Below, piece after piece: positions 49,171 to 59,801 of a stretch of DNA of 64,000 bases (position 1 is the first letter of the stretch; each line of letters starts with the position of its first letter). The notes below the pieces were generated by a model. The model worked only from the letters and a program-made list of their open reading frames with translations. It searched no databases and was not told where the DNA came from. The stretch comes from an uncultured Cytophagia bacterium. Its GTDB lineage: Bacteria; Zhuqueibacterota; Zhuqueibacteria; Thermofontimicrobiales; Thermofontimicrobiaceae. Both the position numbers and the translations under genes were made by a program. The DNA is taken from contig CAYYMH010000008.1 of the NCBI GenBank assembly GCA_964472785.1, positions 16,612-80,611 of the forward strand, written 5' to 3'.

Positions 49171-49745
49171 TACATAATATGTTCAAGAACAACTGATCGG
49201 TTGTTAAAATAGTCAATTCAGCATTAAAAATCAAGATAAATTTTGATTATTTTATTGTAGTTCAAAATGATATTTTGAACGAAATCGAATGACAAAATTT
49301 TATGAACTTTGGAAGCTTAAGGCATCAATCAAAACCTGAAATTTTGGACCTATCATTTTAAAAATGGTTTCGGGTGCTTTGTGAATGAATAAGTTAGAAT
49401 GATAAGGTGATGATTTGTGTAATTGGTACTCATGTTTAAAAAAGAAAAAATAAAGTATAGTTTGCAGTGAAAAGCAAGAGAACATTGAAAATGAATTATT
49501 TTTATCTTGACATCTTACGATTAATATTTTATATTTACAAAGTAAATTCCAATATACTTCTAAATAGAATCAGGAGATTAATAGGTTGTTAAAAATTTGT
49601 GAATTAGGGGTAGGATTAAATTTAGAAACCACATCAACACACTAAAATCTACCAATTGATTATTGAAAGGAATCTGTGCTCTCTGTGACTCTGTATTATA
49701 ACAAAATAGCTGTAATATATCAACCAATATGAGCACTCTTCAGCA

Positions 49746-50819
49746 ATGAAAAACAAACGATTTTTCATCCGCAATTTTGAAGCCGGGAATTTTCTGGAAA
49801 CTTTTTTTGTCTGGGCTGTTTCCTCAATTCTTTTAATCCGCTTTTATTTGCAATTGACCGGTTATCCCAAATTGGGCGGTGAGTCTCTCCATATTGCCCA
49901 CATGCTCTGGGGCGGTTTGTTGATGTTGGCTGCGATAATCATATTACTAACATTTTTAAGCCGTGCATCACAACACCTGGCTGCTATTGTAGGTGGAATC
50001 GGATTCGGAACGTTTATCGATGAAGTGGGAAAGTTCGTTACTCACGATAATGACTACTTATTCCAGCCATCGGTTGCCATCATGTATGTGATATTCGTAC
50101 TTATTTTTATTTCAGTCAGGCTGATCCAAAAAAGGCTGGATTATTCATCACAGGAATATTTGCTCAATGCTCTGCGGGAAATGGAGGAGGTTGCATTGCA
50201 CGATCTCGATGAAGAGGAGCAGAAGAGGGCGCTGAGCTATTTGAATAAAACAAAAAGTGAAAATCAACTGACCGGTGCTTTAAAAAACTTGCTAATCAAT
50301 ACGGAATTAGCGCCACCCCCAAAACCGAATTTATTAACTCGCATTAAATCCTATATCAGGCAAAATTATAAAAAAATCGTCGGAAACTCTTGGTTCACTG
50401 TAATTGTCATTCTCTTTTTTATTTCTCAACTGCTGTTTAAATTGGCTTATGCAGTTATATTATTGCTCTTCAAAGGTATCGGGTGGGATAAAATAGGCAA
50501 TGCGGCGTTCTTTGAGTATGTTGTCAATCGTTTTGAGGGACTAAACTGGCTCGGTTGGGCTGAATTCGGCTCGTCTTTGTTTTCCGCTATTTTCGTTTTG
50601 CTTGGTGTCGCCGTTATTCGAAAATCCAGGATCGGCGCCTATAAATTTTTCCAGCAATCGATTTTAATCTATTTACTTGTCACCCAAATTTTTCTGTTTT
50701 ACCGTAAAGAATTCGGGGCGCTGATCGGATTTGCTGCCAATCTGATTATCTTTTGGACGTTAAGAATTTTGATTCAAAGAGAACAGGAAATGGAATTTGA
50801 AGAAGAGTCAGAGCCATAA
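49746..50819 (+). CDS. Polytopic membrane protein, function unknown
   Basis: 357 aa, about 8 TM, acidic C-terminus. Confidence 0.5.
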   Translation: MKNKRFFIRNFEAGNFLETFFVWAVSSILLIRFYLQLTGYPKLGGESLHIAHMLWGGLLMLAAIIILLTFLSRASQHLAAIVGGIGFGTFIDEVGKFVTHDNDYLFQPSVAIMYVIFVLIFISVRLIQKRLDYSSQEYLLNALREMEEVALHDLDEEEQKRALSYLNKTKSENQLTGALKNLLINTELAPPPKPNLLTRIKSYIRQNYKKIVGNSWFTVIVILFFISQLLFKLAYAVILLLFKGIGWDKIGNAAFFEYVVNRFEGLNWLGWAEFGSSLFSAIFVLLGVAVIRKSRIGAYKFFQQSILIYLLVTQIFLFYRKEFGALIGFAANLIIFWTLRILIQREQEMEFEEESEP

Positions 50820-50893
50820 ACTTTTTATTCAGGAAAGAAAAAAGCCGTGCTCGAACAATCTGAACACGGCTTTATCGAAAACCAAACGAAAAC

Positions 50894-51955
50894 TTACTCT
50901 ATCGCTTTTTCCGGCAAATCACCCATCCACTTAAAAATTTTATCATAATTACTTTTGGTCACGTGGTAAACCAGGCCGTCATATTGAACATGCATGTAGT
51001 AGCCCTTATCCTTTTCATATTCTTTCCCGAAAATCACATTCTTTTGCTGATCGCTTTCTTTCTCTTTAAAGACCAACACATCGGAGCTGCGCCGGAATCC
51101 GTATCTGGAATTCTTATTCAAGTCGCCTAATGTGTTTCCGATACGATCCACAACTTTTTGGGCATACACACTGGTCACGTCTCTGATGAAATTATTGACC
51201 TCTTTTTGATCGAGATCAACTTCGTTGTTTCCTCGCACAAGCACCCATTGTTCTTTCATCTCAGTCGTCGTTACGGTATCTTTGGTGACCTCGACTTCCC
51301 GTTCCACTTTCTTGATGACTATCTGTTCCCCGTTTTTAATAAGTGCGATCATGTCCAGTTGTTCTTTATCTTCCTCAACAGCCTGCAATTCAACAAACGA
51401 TTGATCTTTCAACACGGTCAGTGTATCGATCTCTCCGTGAATGCCTAAATTTGACAATATGTTTTTGTCCACAGCATAGACTTTGTCTTTGCCGGCGAAT
51501 CTGACAAATCCGGAGTTATAATCCTCACCTTTTTTGCCGAGGATTAAGTTTGCCATCGGATTATTCCCCTCATCCTTTAGAATGAGATGAATTCCCTGAG
51601 CATCTGTGATGCTGTATTTGTCAAAGTGTTTGGGATCCGACGACCGGACATTACCGGTCATTTCAAGAAGATCATCCAAAAAACGGTTAACCGTACTTTC
51701 CTTGGCTTTGCAATTGTATTTCGTGACCAGACGCCACTGGTCATCTGCCTTCTTTAATTCCATCCGGATCGGATTATCCTCGGTCGATTCTTTATAAACC
51801 TCGATCCCTTTGACACTTTCCTTGGATACGCCAAAAATAATCGTTTGGACTAATTCATCCACATCAACTGATTTTTGGCTGGGCTTTGTCACAAAATAAA
51901 TAATTAAAAGTAAGACAAAAACACCGGCGAGATAATACAGATGTTTTTCTTTCAT
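50894..51955 (-). CDS. DUF4340-like protein (accessory to GldG-type ABC systems)
   Basis: N-terminal TM anchor followed by a soluble domain; position and size match the DUF4340 partner of GldG-like genes. Confidence 0.45.
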   Translation of the reverse strand: MKEKHLYYLAGVFVLLLIIYFVTKPSQKSVDVDELVQTIIFGVSKESVKGIEVYKESTEDNPIRMELKKADDQWRLVTKYNCKAKESTVNRFLDDLLEMTGNVRSSDPKHFDKYSITDAQGIHLILKDEGNNPMANLILGKKGEDYNSGFVRFAGKDKVYAVDKNILSNLGIHGEIDTLTVLKDQSFVELQAVEEDKEQLDMIALIKNGEQIVIKKVEREVEVTKDTVTTTEMKEQWVLVRGNNEVDLDQKEVNNFIRDVTSVYAQKVVDRIGNTLGDLNKNSRYGFRRSSDVLVFKEKESDQQKNVIFGKEYEKDKGYYMHVQYDGLVYHVTKSNYDKIFKWMGDLPEKAIE

Positions 51956-52049
51956 TCGCTAATCCCTCTTTATCATTTTGATTTTCAAAATTTAGAGTTC
52001 AATCCTTATTTCGAATTAGTCGGGTAAAATGTGTCAATTTTCAAGCGTA

Positions 52050-53864
52050 CTATTTTTTTACCCGTCTTTTGATATTAATCACAATGCCGATTACCACAAA
52101 CAGGATTGGCGGAAACCAGACTACAAAAGCCTTTGATAAAGCTTTGCCAACACTGCTCGTTTCTTTGATTCGACGTGCCATGATATTTTTAGACCGGATA
52201 TTGATGAGCTCCTCACCCAACGTGAGTGCGTCAACAGAATTTAGCAATAATGCCTGATGATCGGCAGCTACCTGTAAAATATCATTTTTAAACATGTTGC
52301 TGCACCCCATGGCGATGATCCGGTTCTCTTTCGGCTCGCCAACGATTTCAGATGGCATGGTTTCCTCTGCTTCCTGATCATCCTCATCGTTTTGACCGGG
52401 CGTTTCACGCCACTTTGGAATATCCTGATCCACATATTTTGGTTTAAATTTACCTTCGAATAAGACACCCAGCGGCTGTTTTTTCAGAACATCTTCAGGC
52501 GCGGGCGGTGTTTCATCAACCGGACCCCAACCGTAACCTTCACGTGTCCAACTGCTGTTACTCGATGTAAACAAGACACGTGACTCAACATCATTTTCCT
52601 TTAATATTTCCTCATGAACCAACAATCTGCCGCCGTACATGTAGAAAAGATTGGTGATTTTGTTAGACACGGACAATTCCGAATTGATGTTTTCCTGACC
52701 CACTTTGATGATGACCGGTTTTGTCACCGGCTCGTAACGCTGCTCACGGACCTGAAACATTCCCATGTTCCGGGTTTGAAAAACAGGCACCTGAATATAG
52801 GCTGTGCTTTTGTCCATGAACATCTTGTCATCAAATTCAAAACCGTAGTTTTTGGTGAGCGAATTGATATTCAAGCGGCTGGGCATGCCATTGAGATCGA
52901 ATTCTCCGGGATTATCCTTTGATGGAGCAATCTGATAATTGTACTGTTGAACTGCCATAATCACTTTGACGCCGTCATGAATGAGTTTGTCCAGCTCGTA
53001 AATCTGTCGCTCTTCCAACGGCTGGTCAATCATTACGATCATTGTCTCGATATCTTCAGGAATTGGGTCATCCTTTTTGATATTTGTTCTCACAACATCG
53101 TAACCGGATTCCCTCAACAATTTTGCTGCCACATTGTACTGATCCTGCGGTTGCTGCTGGTACATTTGACGATACTGTGGCGGAATCTCTGGTTGAGACG
53201 GATAAAAGCCGACTTTGGGTCTCTTGTTCGAAATTAATTTATAAATGCGCGACATAATTTCGTATTCGAGACTGCCAAAATTTTCCGGACGAACTTCCGG
53301 AATCACACTTTCTTTCCGATCCAAATAAGACAGCACAATTGATGAGTAAACACGCTTCACTGAAAATTCATCTGCCTCGGTACTTTGCACACCAAAAGGA
53401 ATCACACCACGTTCATACAATCGTTGTGCGATTTTTTTGCGGGTGACTTTGCTCTTTTGCTGACCGCCACTCAAGATGTCTTTTTCTTCGTCCTCTTCAG
53501 CTTGTCTTTCCTCAAGCGCCTCTTTCTCTTCTTCCTTGGACGGATCAAAAACCGTATAATCCAACATCCCGTTAGACGCTAACTTAATTTCTTCGAGTTT
53601 ATCAATCACATCCCGTTCCAGATTTTTCCACTTCGTGGGCATGCGTTCCGAAGACGAGACATAATAAGTTACATCAATTGGCGCCTCCAACTGTGAAAGT
53701 ATTTCTTTAACTGCCGGTGAAATTTTATACACATTATTGGCAGTCAAATCAAAACGACCCGGGTTAATATTATCAGCGATCATATTAACTAAAATAACAA
53801 CTCCGGTGATTAAAACGGCACCAATAATAAAAGTGATTAAAAAATTCTTTTTAAAATCTTTCAT
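52050..53864 (-). CDS. GldG-like ABC-transporter auxiliary component (ABC_transp_aux family)
   Basis: 604 aa. N-terminal and C-terminal TM helices flank a large extracytoplasmic domain. The stop abuts the ABC-2 permease start. Confidence 0.65.
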   Translation of the reverse strand: MKDFKKNFLITFIIGAVLITGVVILVNMIADNINPGRFDLTANNVYKISPAVKEILSQLEAPIDVTYYVSSSERMPTKWKNLERDVIDKLEEIKLASNGMLDYTVFDPSKEEEKEALEERQAEEDEEKDILSGGQQKSKVTRKKIAQRLYERGVIPFGVQSTEADEFSVKRVYSSIVLSYLDRKESVIPEVRPENFGSLEYEIMSRIYKLISNKRPKVGFYPSQPEIPPQYRQMYQQQPQDQYNVAAKLLRESGYDVVRTNIKKDDPIPEDIETMIVMIDQPLEERQIYELDKLIHDGVKVIMAVQQYNYQIAPSKDNPGEFDLNGMPSRLNINSLTKNYGFEFDDKMFMDKSTAYIQVPVFQTRNMGMFQVREQRYEPVTKPVIIKVGQENINSELSVSNKITNLFYMYGGRLLVHEEILKENDVESRVLFTSSNSSWTREGYGWGPVDETPPAPEDVLKKQPLGVLFEGKFKPKYVDQDIPKWRETPGQNDEDDQEAEETMPSEIVGEPKENRIIAMGCSNMFKNDILQVAADHQALLLNSVDALTLGEELINIRSKNIMARRIKETSSVGKALSKAFVVWFPPILFVVIGIVINIKRRVKK

Positions 53865-54593
53865 CTAATATTTCCTCCTTTCCAGTGATTTTGCGTTCAA
53901 ATAGAGGAATAGTGCAGTAAATGATAGAAAATAGACAATACTTTTTACATCAATCACACCCCGTTCAATGTCATTAAAATGCCGGGTGACGCCGACGTAG
54001 CTGTAGAGAAAATCTCCCAATCCGGGAATCCAGCCATCTATCACCATGGGTACATATTGCCAGCCGATGAGGGCTAAAAATCCGCAGGATAAACTGGTGA
54101 TGATTAATGAAACAATCTGATCCGAGAAAAACCCGGAGATAAAAATTCCCACAGATAAGAAGAAACCTCCCAACAGAATAGCGCCAAAATATCCGCCAAT
54201 GATCGGTCCGAAATCCGGTTTTCCCAAAATGACCAGTAAGATAGGAATGGCCAATGTTCCAGATAGTGCCACCAAATAAAAAGCAAAGCTGGCAAAAAAT
54301 TTGCCTAACACGATGCTTTCGGTTTTCATCGGCAGAGTTAATAACAGTTCATCAGTCCCCAATTTTTTTTCTTCCGACCACAAGCGCATCGAAATTGCGG
54401 GGATAAATATCAACCCCAGCGTCAGCGGAAGCTGTGAAAAAAACGCTCGCATGTCTGCGTTACCAAAGAAAAAGAAATGGAACATATACAGCCCGGAATT
54501 TAGCAAAATAAATATCACGCTAAAGACATAGGCAATTGGTGAGTAGAAATAGGCTTTGAATTCTCGATTAAAAACAATCTTTATGTCGTTCAT
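53865..54593 (-). CDS. ABC-2 family permease (GldF-like)
   Basis: 242 aa, 6 TM; overlaps the ATPase stop by 4 nt. Confidence 0.75.
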   Translation of the reverse strand: MNDIKIVFNREFKAYFYSPIAYVFSVIFILLNSGLYMFHFFFFGNADMRAFFSQLPLTLGLIFIPAISMRLWSEEKKLGTDELLLTLPMKTESIVLGKFFASFAFYLVALSGTLAIPILLVILGKPDFGPIIGGYFGAILLGGFFLSVGIFISGFFSDQIVSLIITSLSCGFLALIGWQYVPMVIDGWIPGLGDFLYSYVGVTRHFNDIERGVIDVKSIVYFLSFTALFLYLNAKSLERRKY

Positions 54594-55588
54594 TCAGCAC
54601 CTCCTTCCACTTCGGTTGCTGAAGTTTCTTTCACTTCTTTTTTACTTTCTGATTTTGCATTTGAGGTTGTCAGTCGGATGAACGAATCTTCCAGCGATAA
54701 CTTTTCAGGAACAAACTCAACCACGTCCCACTTCTGATCTCTGACAAGCTCATTCAGTTTTTCGACCAGATTAACTTTGAAGGGCGCATAAACATGACAG
54801 CCGACAACACCCCGCGGTACATTGCTGTCATATTCAACTTCTTCAATGTCGGGAATCGATTTAATTGCAGCCTGAAAATCTTTCTTGGTCGATTTGACTG
54901 CAATATACATGGAATTTCGGCGAGTTACTTTCTGGCGAAGTTGTTCGAAACTGCCGTCACCGACAAGCCGTCCTTCGTTGATGACCAAAATCCGGTCGGC
55001 GATAGTGGCAACTTCCGGGAGAATGTGTGTGCTCAAAATGATCGTTTTTTCGTGGGCAAGTTCACGAATTAAATTTCTGATACCGATGATCTGTATTGGA
55101 TCTAAACCGGACGTCGGTTCATCCAAAATCAACACATCCGGATCATGAATCAGTGCCTGTGCTAAACAGGTGCGCTGTTTGTAACCCTTGGAGAGGACAC
55201 TGATTTTTCGGTTTAATACATTGTCCAAACCGCAGGCATCGACCACCCAATCAAACCTTTGTTTGAATGTTCCGTTCAAATGGCGAGCAGCTCCGATGAA
55301 TTCCAGATATTCTCTCACGAGCATATCTGCATAGAGAGGTACGGATTCGGGCAGATATCCGATCAGCTTTTGGACATTGTACGGGTCTTCGATCACGTCA
55401 TAATCACCAACCACTGCTTTGCCCGATGTCGGCGCAGTGTAGGTGGTAATGACCTTCATTGCGGTTGATTTTCCCGCACCATTCGGCCCGACGAATCCAA
55501 TAATCTCTCCCTTTTGAACAGAAAAGCTCACGTCAGTAAGTGCTTTGGTGAGACCATAATTTTTGGATACGTTCTTAAATTCAATCAT
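54590..55588 (-). CDS. ABC transporter ATP-binding protein (GldA-like) with C-terminal extension
   Basis: GPNGAGKST, LSKGYKQR, ILDEPTSGLD. Confidence 0.85.
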   Translation of the reverse strand: MIEFKNVSKNYGLTKALTDVSFSVQKGEIIGFVGPNGAGKSTAMKVITTYTAPTSGKAVVGDYDVIEDPYNVQKLIGYLPESVPLYADMLVREYLEFIGAARHLNGTFKQRFDWVVDACGLDNVLNRKISVLSKGYKQRTCLAQALIHDPDVLILDEPTSGLDPIQIIGIRNLIRELAHEKTIILSTHILPEVATIADRILVINEGRLVGDGSFEQLRQKVTRRNSMYIAVKSTKKDFQAAIKSIPDIEEVEYDSNVPRGVVGCHVYAPFKVNLVEKLNELVRDQKWDVVEFVPEKLSLEDSFIRLTTSNAKSESKKEVKETSATEVEGGAE

Positions 55589-56150
55589 AACCCTTCCTCT
55601 TGTTAGGATTCAAAGTTATTGTTTCAATAATTAATTTTTTTGTGAATTAAAAGAAGTCAATCATAAGCAACATAAAATTATGTTTAAGAATTTTTATATC
55701 AAAAAAGAAGTATAAACTAAAAAAATATGAAATCAGTTGAAACGGTTTTGTATTGCCGTCTGTCCTCAAAAAAAAGTGAATGGATATTCTCGATATACCT
55801 ATAATCAAAATATCAGGTTGAAAACCTCCTTCAATTTATTATAAATTAATAAATAAAAGACTGCAATATTTATTTAAAATTATCAAATGTTATAACGAAC
55901 AAAGGAACAATCAAGTTCCAATCACTTTAATAATTTTGTGCGTTTTTTTCCATTCATTACTAACAATTTTTATGGTATGACAGATATTGATTCTACAAGT
56001 TCAATTATACTGTGTCAGAAAGTGCTTGCAATTTTATTCTGATTTAATTATTTTATATTTTTAAATTTATTTGAATTTTATGAATATTTCCGCATCTGAC
56101 TGGATTAATTCATTCTTCTGTTAAAATAGACATTTATTTTTAGGACAATT

Positions 56151-57842
56151 ATGGTGCAAAAGACATTAGTCCCGATTTATTTAACTATATTTATTATTTT
56201 CGTTTTTGCGTGCGCAAAGCAGATGCCGCCGCGAGGTGGTCCTGTTGATCGAACACCACCCACGATTAAAGAAATCATACCGACACCAGGCCAAACAAAT
56301 GTTGCTTTAGACACTAAAATCGAAATTGTTTTTAGCGAGCGCATGCAGCCAAACACAGTTGAAGAAGCGATCTTTATTTCTCCCTGGCCTTCGGAGGTCA
56401 TCGAATTTGATTGGGGCGGCAAAAAGTTGAAAATAAAATTTTCTGATAATTTAAAGAGAAACAGAACCTACGTGCTGACAATTGGCGCCAGGTCCAGTGA
56501 TCTGCGGAATAATCGAATGGAGGATTCGTATTCAATCGCTTTTTCTACAGGTGATATTATTGATCAGGGAGAAATTACTGGCAGGGTTTACAATAAAGCG
56601 GATGTTGAAGGAACGCTGGTTTGCGCGTACGATTTACAGGTTAATGCAGCGCCTGATCCCACAGAAATTTTAGCGGATTATTACACGCAATGTAATGCAG
56701 AGGGCAATTACAATTTGGCTTATGTAGCCCCCGGACATTATCGGCTTTTTGCCATTGATGATAAAGACTTTAACAGGAAATATACAAAGGGAATTGATGC
56801 AATTGGTATTACGAATTCGGACGTCACATTGATTTCAGAAGAAAACACGGTCAATGATGTTCATTTTATGCTGACTGTCGAAGACACGGCGGCGCCGGTT
56901 TTAAAATCAGCATATTCAATTGATAAAAATAAAATTGAAATTCGGTTTAGTGAAAAAATGGATAGTTTCGAAAATGAAAAACCGGATAAATACTTTTCGA
57001 TTTCGCCGGAAGAGGATTCCTTAACTAAATTAAAAATATTGTCCTGTTATCAGAACCTGCGGGATAAGTCCCAAATGCTTCTGATGACTGAAGATCAAGC
57101 TGATATTCCTTACATTTTGACAGCAGATAATCTATTTGATATTTCCGGCAATTCTCTGGATACCGCTTACAATTCAATTGTTTTCAACGGCTCTGCGATT
57201 CCCGATACGATGGAACCTGTGCTCATTTATCAATCCATCATAGACAGTTCCACGGCAATCTGCCCGGATACAACGATTCAATTTATGTTTTCCGAACCTG
57301 TAAAGCAGGAACTATTGGCAGATAACGTTGTTTTTAGACGAGCAAACGCGGAAAAAATAAACGGAACTATAATCTGGAATAATCCGGCAGCATTCACATT
57401 TACTCCGTACAGTGCGCTCCAATATTTCACCGGTTACCAAATCACTGCAATGGTTGATTCGATCCAGGACTTAGCAGGGAATAGTTTAAAAGACAGTCTA
57501 TTTTCAGTCTATTTTAAAACACAGAGTGAGGATACGCTTTCTGCAATTAGCGGACAGTTGATCGATCAGGATTCAACAGCAAGTGGTAACATTTATTTAA
57601 CAGCAAAAAGCGCTGGTCATTTTTATCATACCATGATTGAAAAACCGGGACAATATTCATTCGATGATATTTTATCAGGAATTTATACGATTCAGGCGTT
57701 TCGGGATGCGGACAGTAATGGCGTTTACAGCTACGGTCAGACGATACCTTTTCAGCCTGCGGAACGATTTGTGTTTTATCCCGATTCGATCAAATTGCGT
57801 TCCGGCTGGCCTAACGAGGGAAATGATATAATCTTAAAATAA
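56151..57842 (+). CDS. Lipoprotein with SbsA-type Ig-like domains
   Basis: Lipobox IFVFAC followed by KQMPPRGGPVDRTPP and repeated beta-rich modules. Confidence 0.5.
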   Translation: MVQKTLVPIYLTIFIIFVFACAKQMPPRGGPVDRTPPTIKEIIPTPGQTNVALDTKIEIVFSERMQPNTVEEAIFISPWPSEVIEFDWGGKKLKIKFSDNLKRNRTYVLTIGARSSDLRNNRMEDSYSIAFSTGDIIDQGEITGRVYNKADVEGTLVCAYDLQVNAAPDPTEILADYYTQCNAEGNYNLAYVAPGHYRLFAIDDKDFNRKYTKGIDAIGITNSDVTLISEENTVNDVHFMLTVEDTAAPVLKSAYSIDKNKIEIRFSEKMDSFENEKPDKYFSISPEEDSLTKLKILSCYQNLRDKSQMLLMTEDQADIPYILTADNLFDISGNSLDTAYNSIVFNGSAIPDTMEPVLIYQSIIDSSTAICPDTTIQFMFSEPVKQELLADNVVFRRANAEKINGTIIWNNPAAFTFTPYSALQYFTGYQITAMVDSIQDLAGNSLKDSLFSVYFKTQSEDTLSAISGQLIDQDSTASGNIYLTAKSAGHFYHTMIEKPGQYSFDDILSGIYTIQAFRDADSNGVYSYGQTIPFQPAERFVFYPDSIKLRSGWPNEGNDIILK

Positions 57843-57874
57843 TCAAAAAATATTTAATCAAAATCGGAGTTATC

Positions 57875-59131
57875 ATGAACAGATTTCAGTACCAGAATGA
57901 TGAGTTAATGTGCGAACAGGTGAGGATTGAAGAACTTGCAGAAAAGTATGGAACACCGCTGTACGTTTACAGCAAAAATATGATGATTGATAATTTTAAG
58001 GCTTATGATGAGGCGTTCTCCGGTGTGAACCACACCATTTGTTATGCGATGAAAGCAAATTCAAATATGGAAATTTTGAAGCTAATGGCATCATTGGGAA
58101 GCGGTGGCGACGTCGTGTCTGGTGGTGAACTTTTTTTGGCACAAAAAGCCGGCATTCCCGCAGGAAAAATTGTTTATGCCAGCGTGGGAAAATCGGATGA
58201 AGAAATCAAATATGCCCTGGAAAGCGGCATTATGGCGTTCAACGTCGAGTCTGAACCCGAGCTAAAAGTGATCAATCAGATCGCCGTTGAAATCGGCAAA
58301 AAAGCGCCGGTGGCGATTCGTCTTAATCCGGATATCGATGTGCATGGTCATCCCTATATTTCCACGGGGAAGTCAATCAATAAATTCGGTATTGATATAA
58401 ATAGTGCTCTTGATGTTTTTAATAAAGCCAAGAAAATGGAGGGAATTAAGATTGTTGGAGTGCATTCCCATATCGGATCGCAAATTTTGAATCTGGACTA
58501 TTTTGATGCGGCTGCTAAAAAACTTTATGATTTTATCACTGACTTAGGAAAAAACGGAATTGACGTGGAGCATGTCGATATTGGCGGTGGATTGGGCGTT
58601 CACTATCCGGGATTGCTGCAGGAATCCGCAACGAAAAAAGCTGAAGAGGTGCCCACACCGGCACAGTTAGCTGAAAAAATTATCAACGTCCTCAAACCGT
58701 TAAATATCGAAATTCTATTTGAGCCTGGCAGATCAATGGTTGGAGAAACCGGTACCTTGATAACGAAAGTTCTTTACGTCAAGCGCGCGCGGGACAGTAA
58801 ATTTATCGTTGTTGACGCGGGGATGAATGACCTGATCCGTCCCAGTCTGTATGAAGCGTATCACCAAATTGTACCATTGAAAAAGCGAGACGGAGCTATT
58901 GAAGCCGCTGATGTCGTGGGACCGATTTGCGAAACAGGTGATTTTTTAGCCAAAAACCGTGAATTACCTGATGTTAAGCGCGATGATTTTCTGTCAGTGC
59001 TTACTGCTGGCGCTTACGGTTACTCGCTGGCGAGCAATTACAATTCCCGCCCGCGTCCGGCGGAAGTCTGGGTGAACAATGACAAACACGAAATCATTCG
59101 CGAAAGAGAGAAAATTGAAGATTTGATGTAA
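57875..59131 (+). CDS. lysA: Diaminopimelate decarboxylase
   Basis: YAMKAN, GGGLGV, EPGRSMVGETG, CETGD. Confidence 0.9.
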   Translation: MNRFQYQNDELMCEQVRIEELAEKYGTPLYVYSKNMMIDNFKAYDEAFSGVNHTICYAMKANSNMEILKLMASLGSGGDVVSGGELFLAQKAGIPAGKIVYASVGKSDEEIKYALESGIMAFNVESEPELKVINQIAVEIGKKAPVAIRLNPDIDVHGHPYISTGKSINKFGIDINSALDVFNKAKKMEGIKIVGVHSHIGSQILNLDYFDAAAKKLYDFITDLGKNGIDVEHVDIGGGLGVHYPGLLQESATKKAEEVPTPAQLAEKIINVLKPLNIEILFEPGRSMVGETGTLITKVLYVKRARDSKFIVVDAGMNDLIRPSLYEAYHQIVPLKKRDGAIEAADVVGPICETGDFLAKNRELPDVKRDDFLSVLTAGAYGYSLASNYNSRPRPAEVWVNNDKHEIIREREKIEDLM

Positions 59132-59439
59132 AGATTGTGGTGCCATCTTTTTTGGGATGGTACCTTACATTTGTATTGTTGATCAAAAACGATTTTTGAA
59201 ATAGTAAATTAATACCGCTATCTTATAATATGGATGACCAATAAAAAATATTAGCTTCAAATAAAAGGATTTTTGCGATGTAGGGGACGTTCACGGACGT
59301 CCCTTACGGTCTAAATATAAAAAAAACAAAAAAACCAATAATTCAACTAGTCATTCATATTTATAATAGTGCACAATCTTCATGATTTGTTGTTTGCTAT
59401 TGAGATTTAAAAGTATCCACTCAATATTTTATGGCAATA

Positions 59440-59470
59440 CCCTTTCAAAGGTTTTGAACCTTTGAAAGGG
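59440..59470. repeat. Perfect 31-bp palindrome (14-bp arms CCCTTTCAAAGGTT / AACCTTTGAAAGGG, 3-nt centre)
   Basis: Read directly, in the lysA-dapF spacer. Confidence 0.8.
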
Positions 59471-59801
59471 TGCATGTTCACCATCTGTTTTTGAATGGAT
59501 ACATTTAAAATTTATATTGATCTCCGGAACAATTTGAACAAAATTCAATATTCAACCCCTCGTTGTTCTATTGGGGAAAAGCTTGTTTTTTTAATACAAT
59601 CCCGGAGGGATTGAATATTTGTAGTAATTTTTATAGATGAAAATTAAAAACCCCGAAGGGATTTAACATAGTTTCATATTATAGCGTGTCGCTACTGATA
59701 ACAACAAATGCAAATAAAATCAATTAATGCAATTCGAAATCCGTGATAATCAGTATAAATCAATGGCTAAAAAAATATCGACCAGCAGGAATTGAAATAC
59801 C

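Noticed and set aside
59557-59662. Possible CRISPR-like or direct-repeat array (..GGGATTGAATA / ..GGGATTTAACA, CCCC..GGGG clamps)
   Set aside because: There are only two or three short, non-identical copies with irregular spacing and no cas genes. Not a CRISPR array.
59132-59801. Lysine riboswitch (L-box) or tRNA/tmRNA in the lysA-dapF spacer
   Set aside because: I looked for the conserved L-box blocks and for T-loop GGTTCGAATCC-type sequences. Only a loose TTCGAAATCC at about 59735 is present, with no acceptor/anticodon arms. Not supported.
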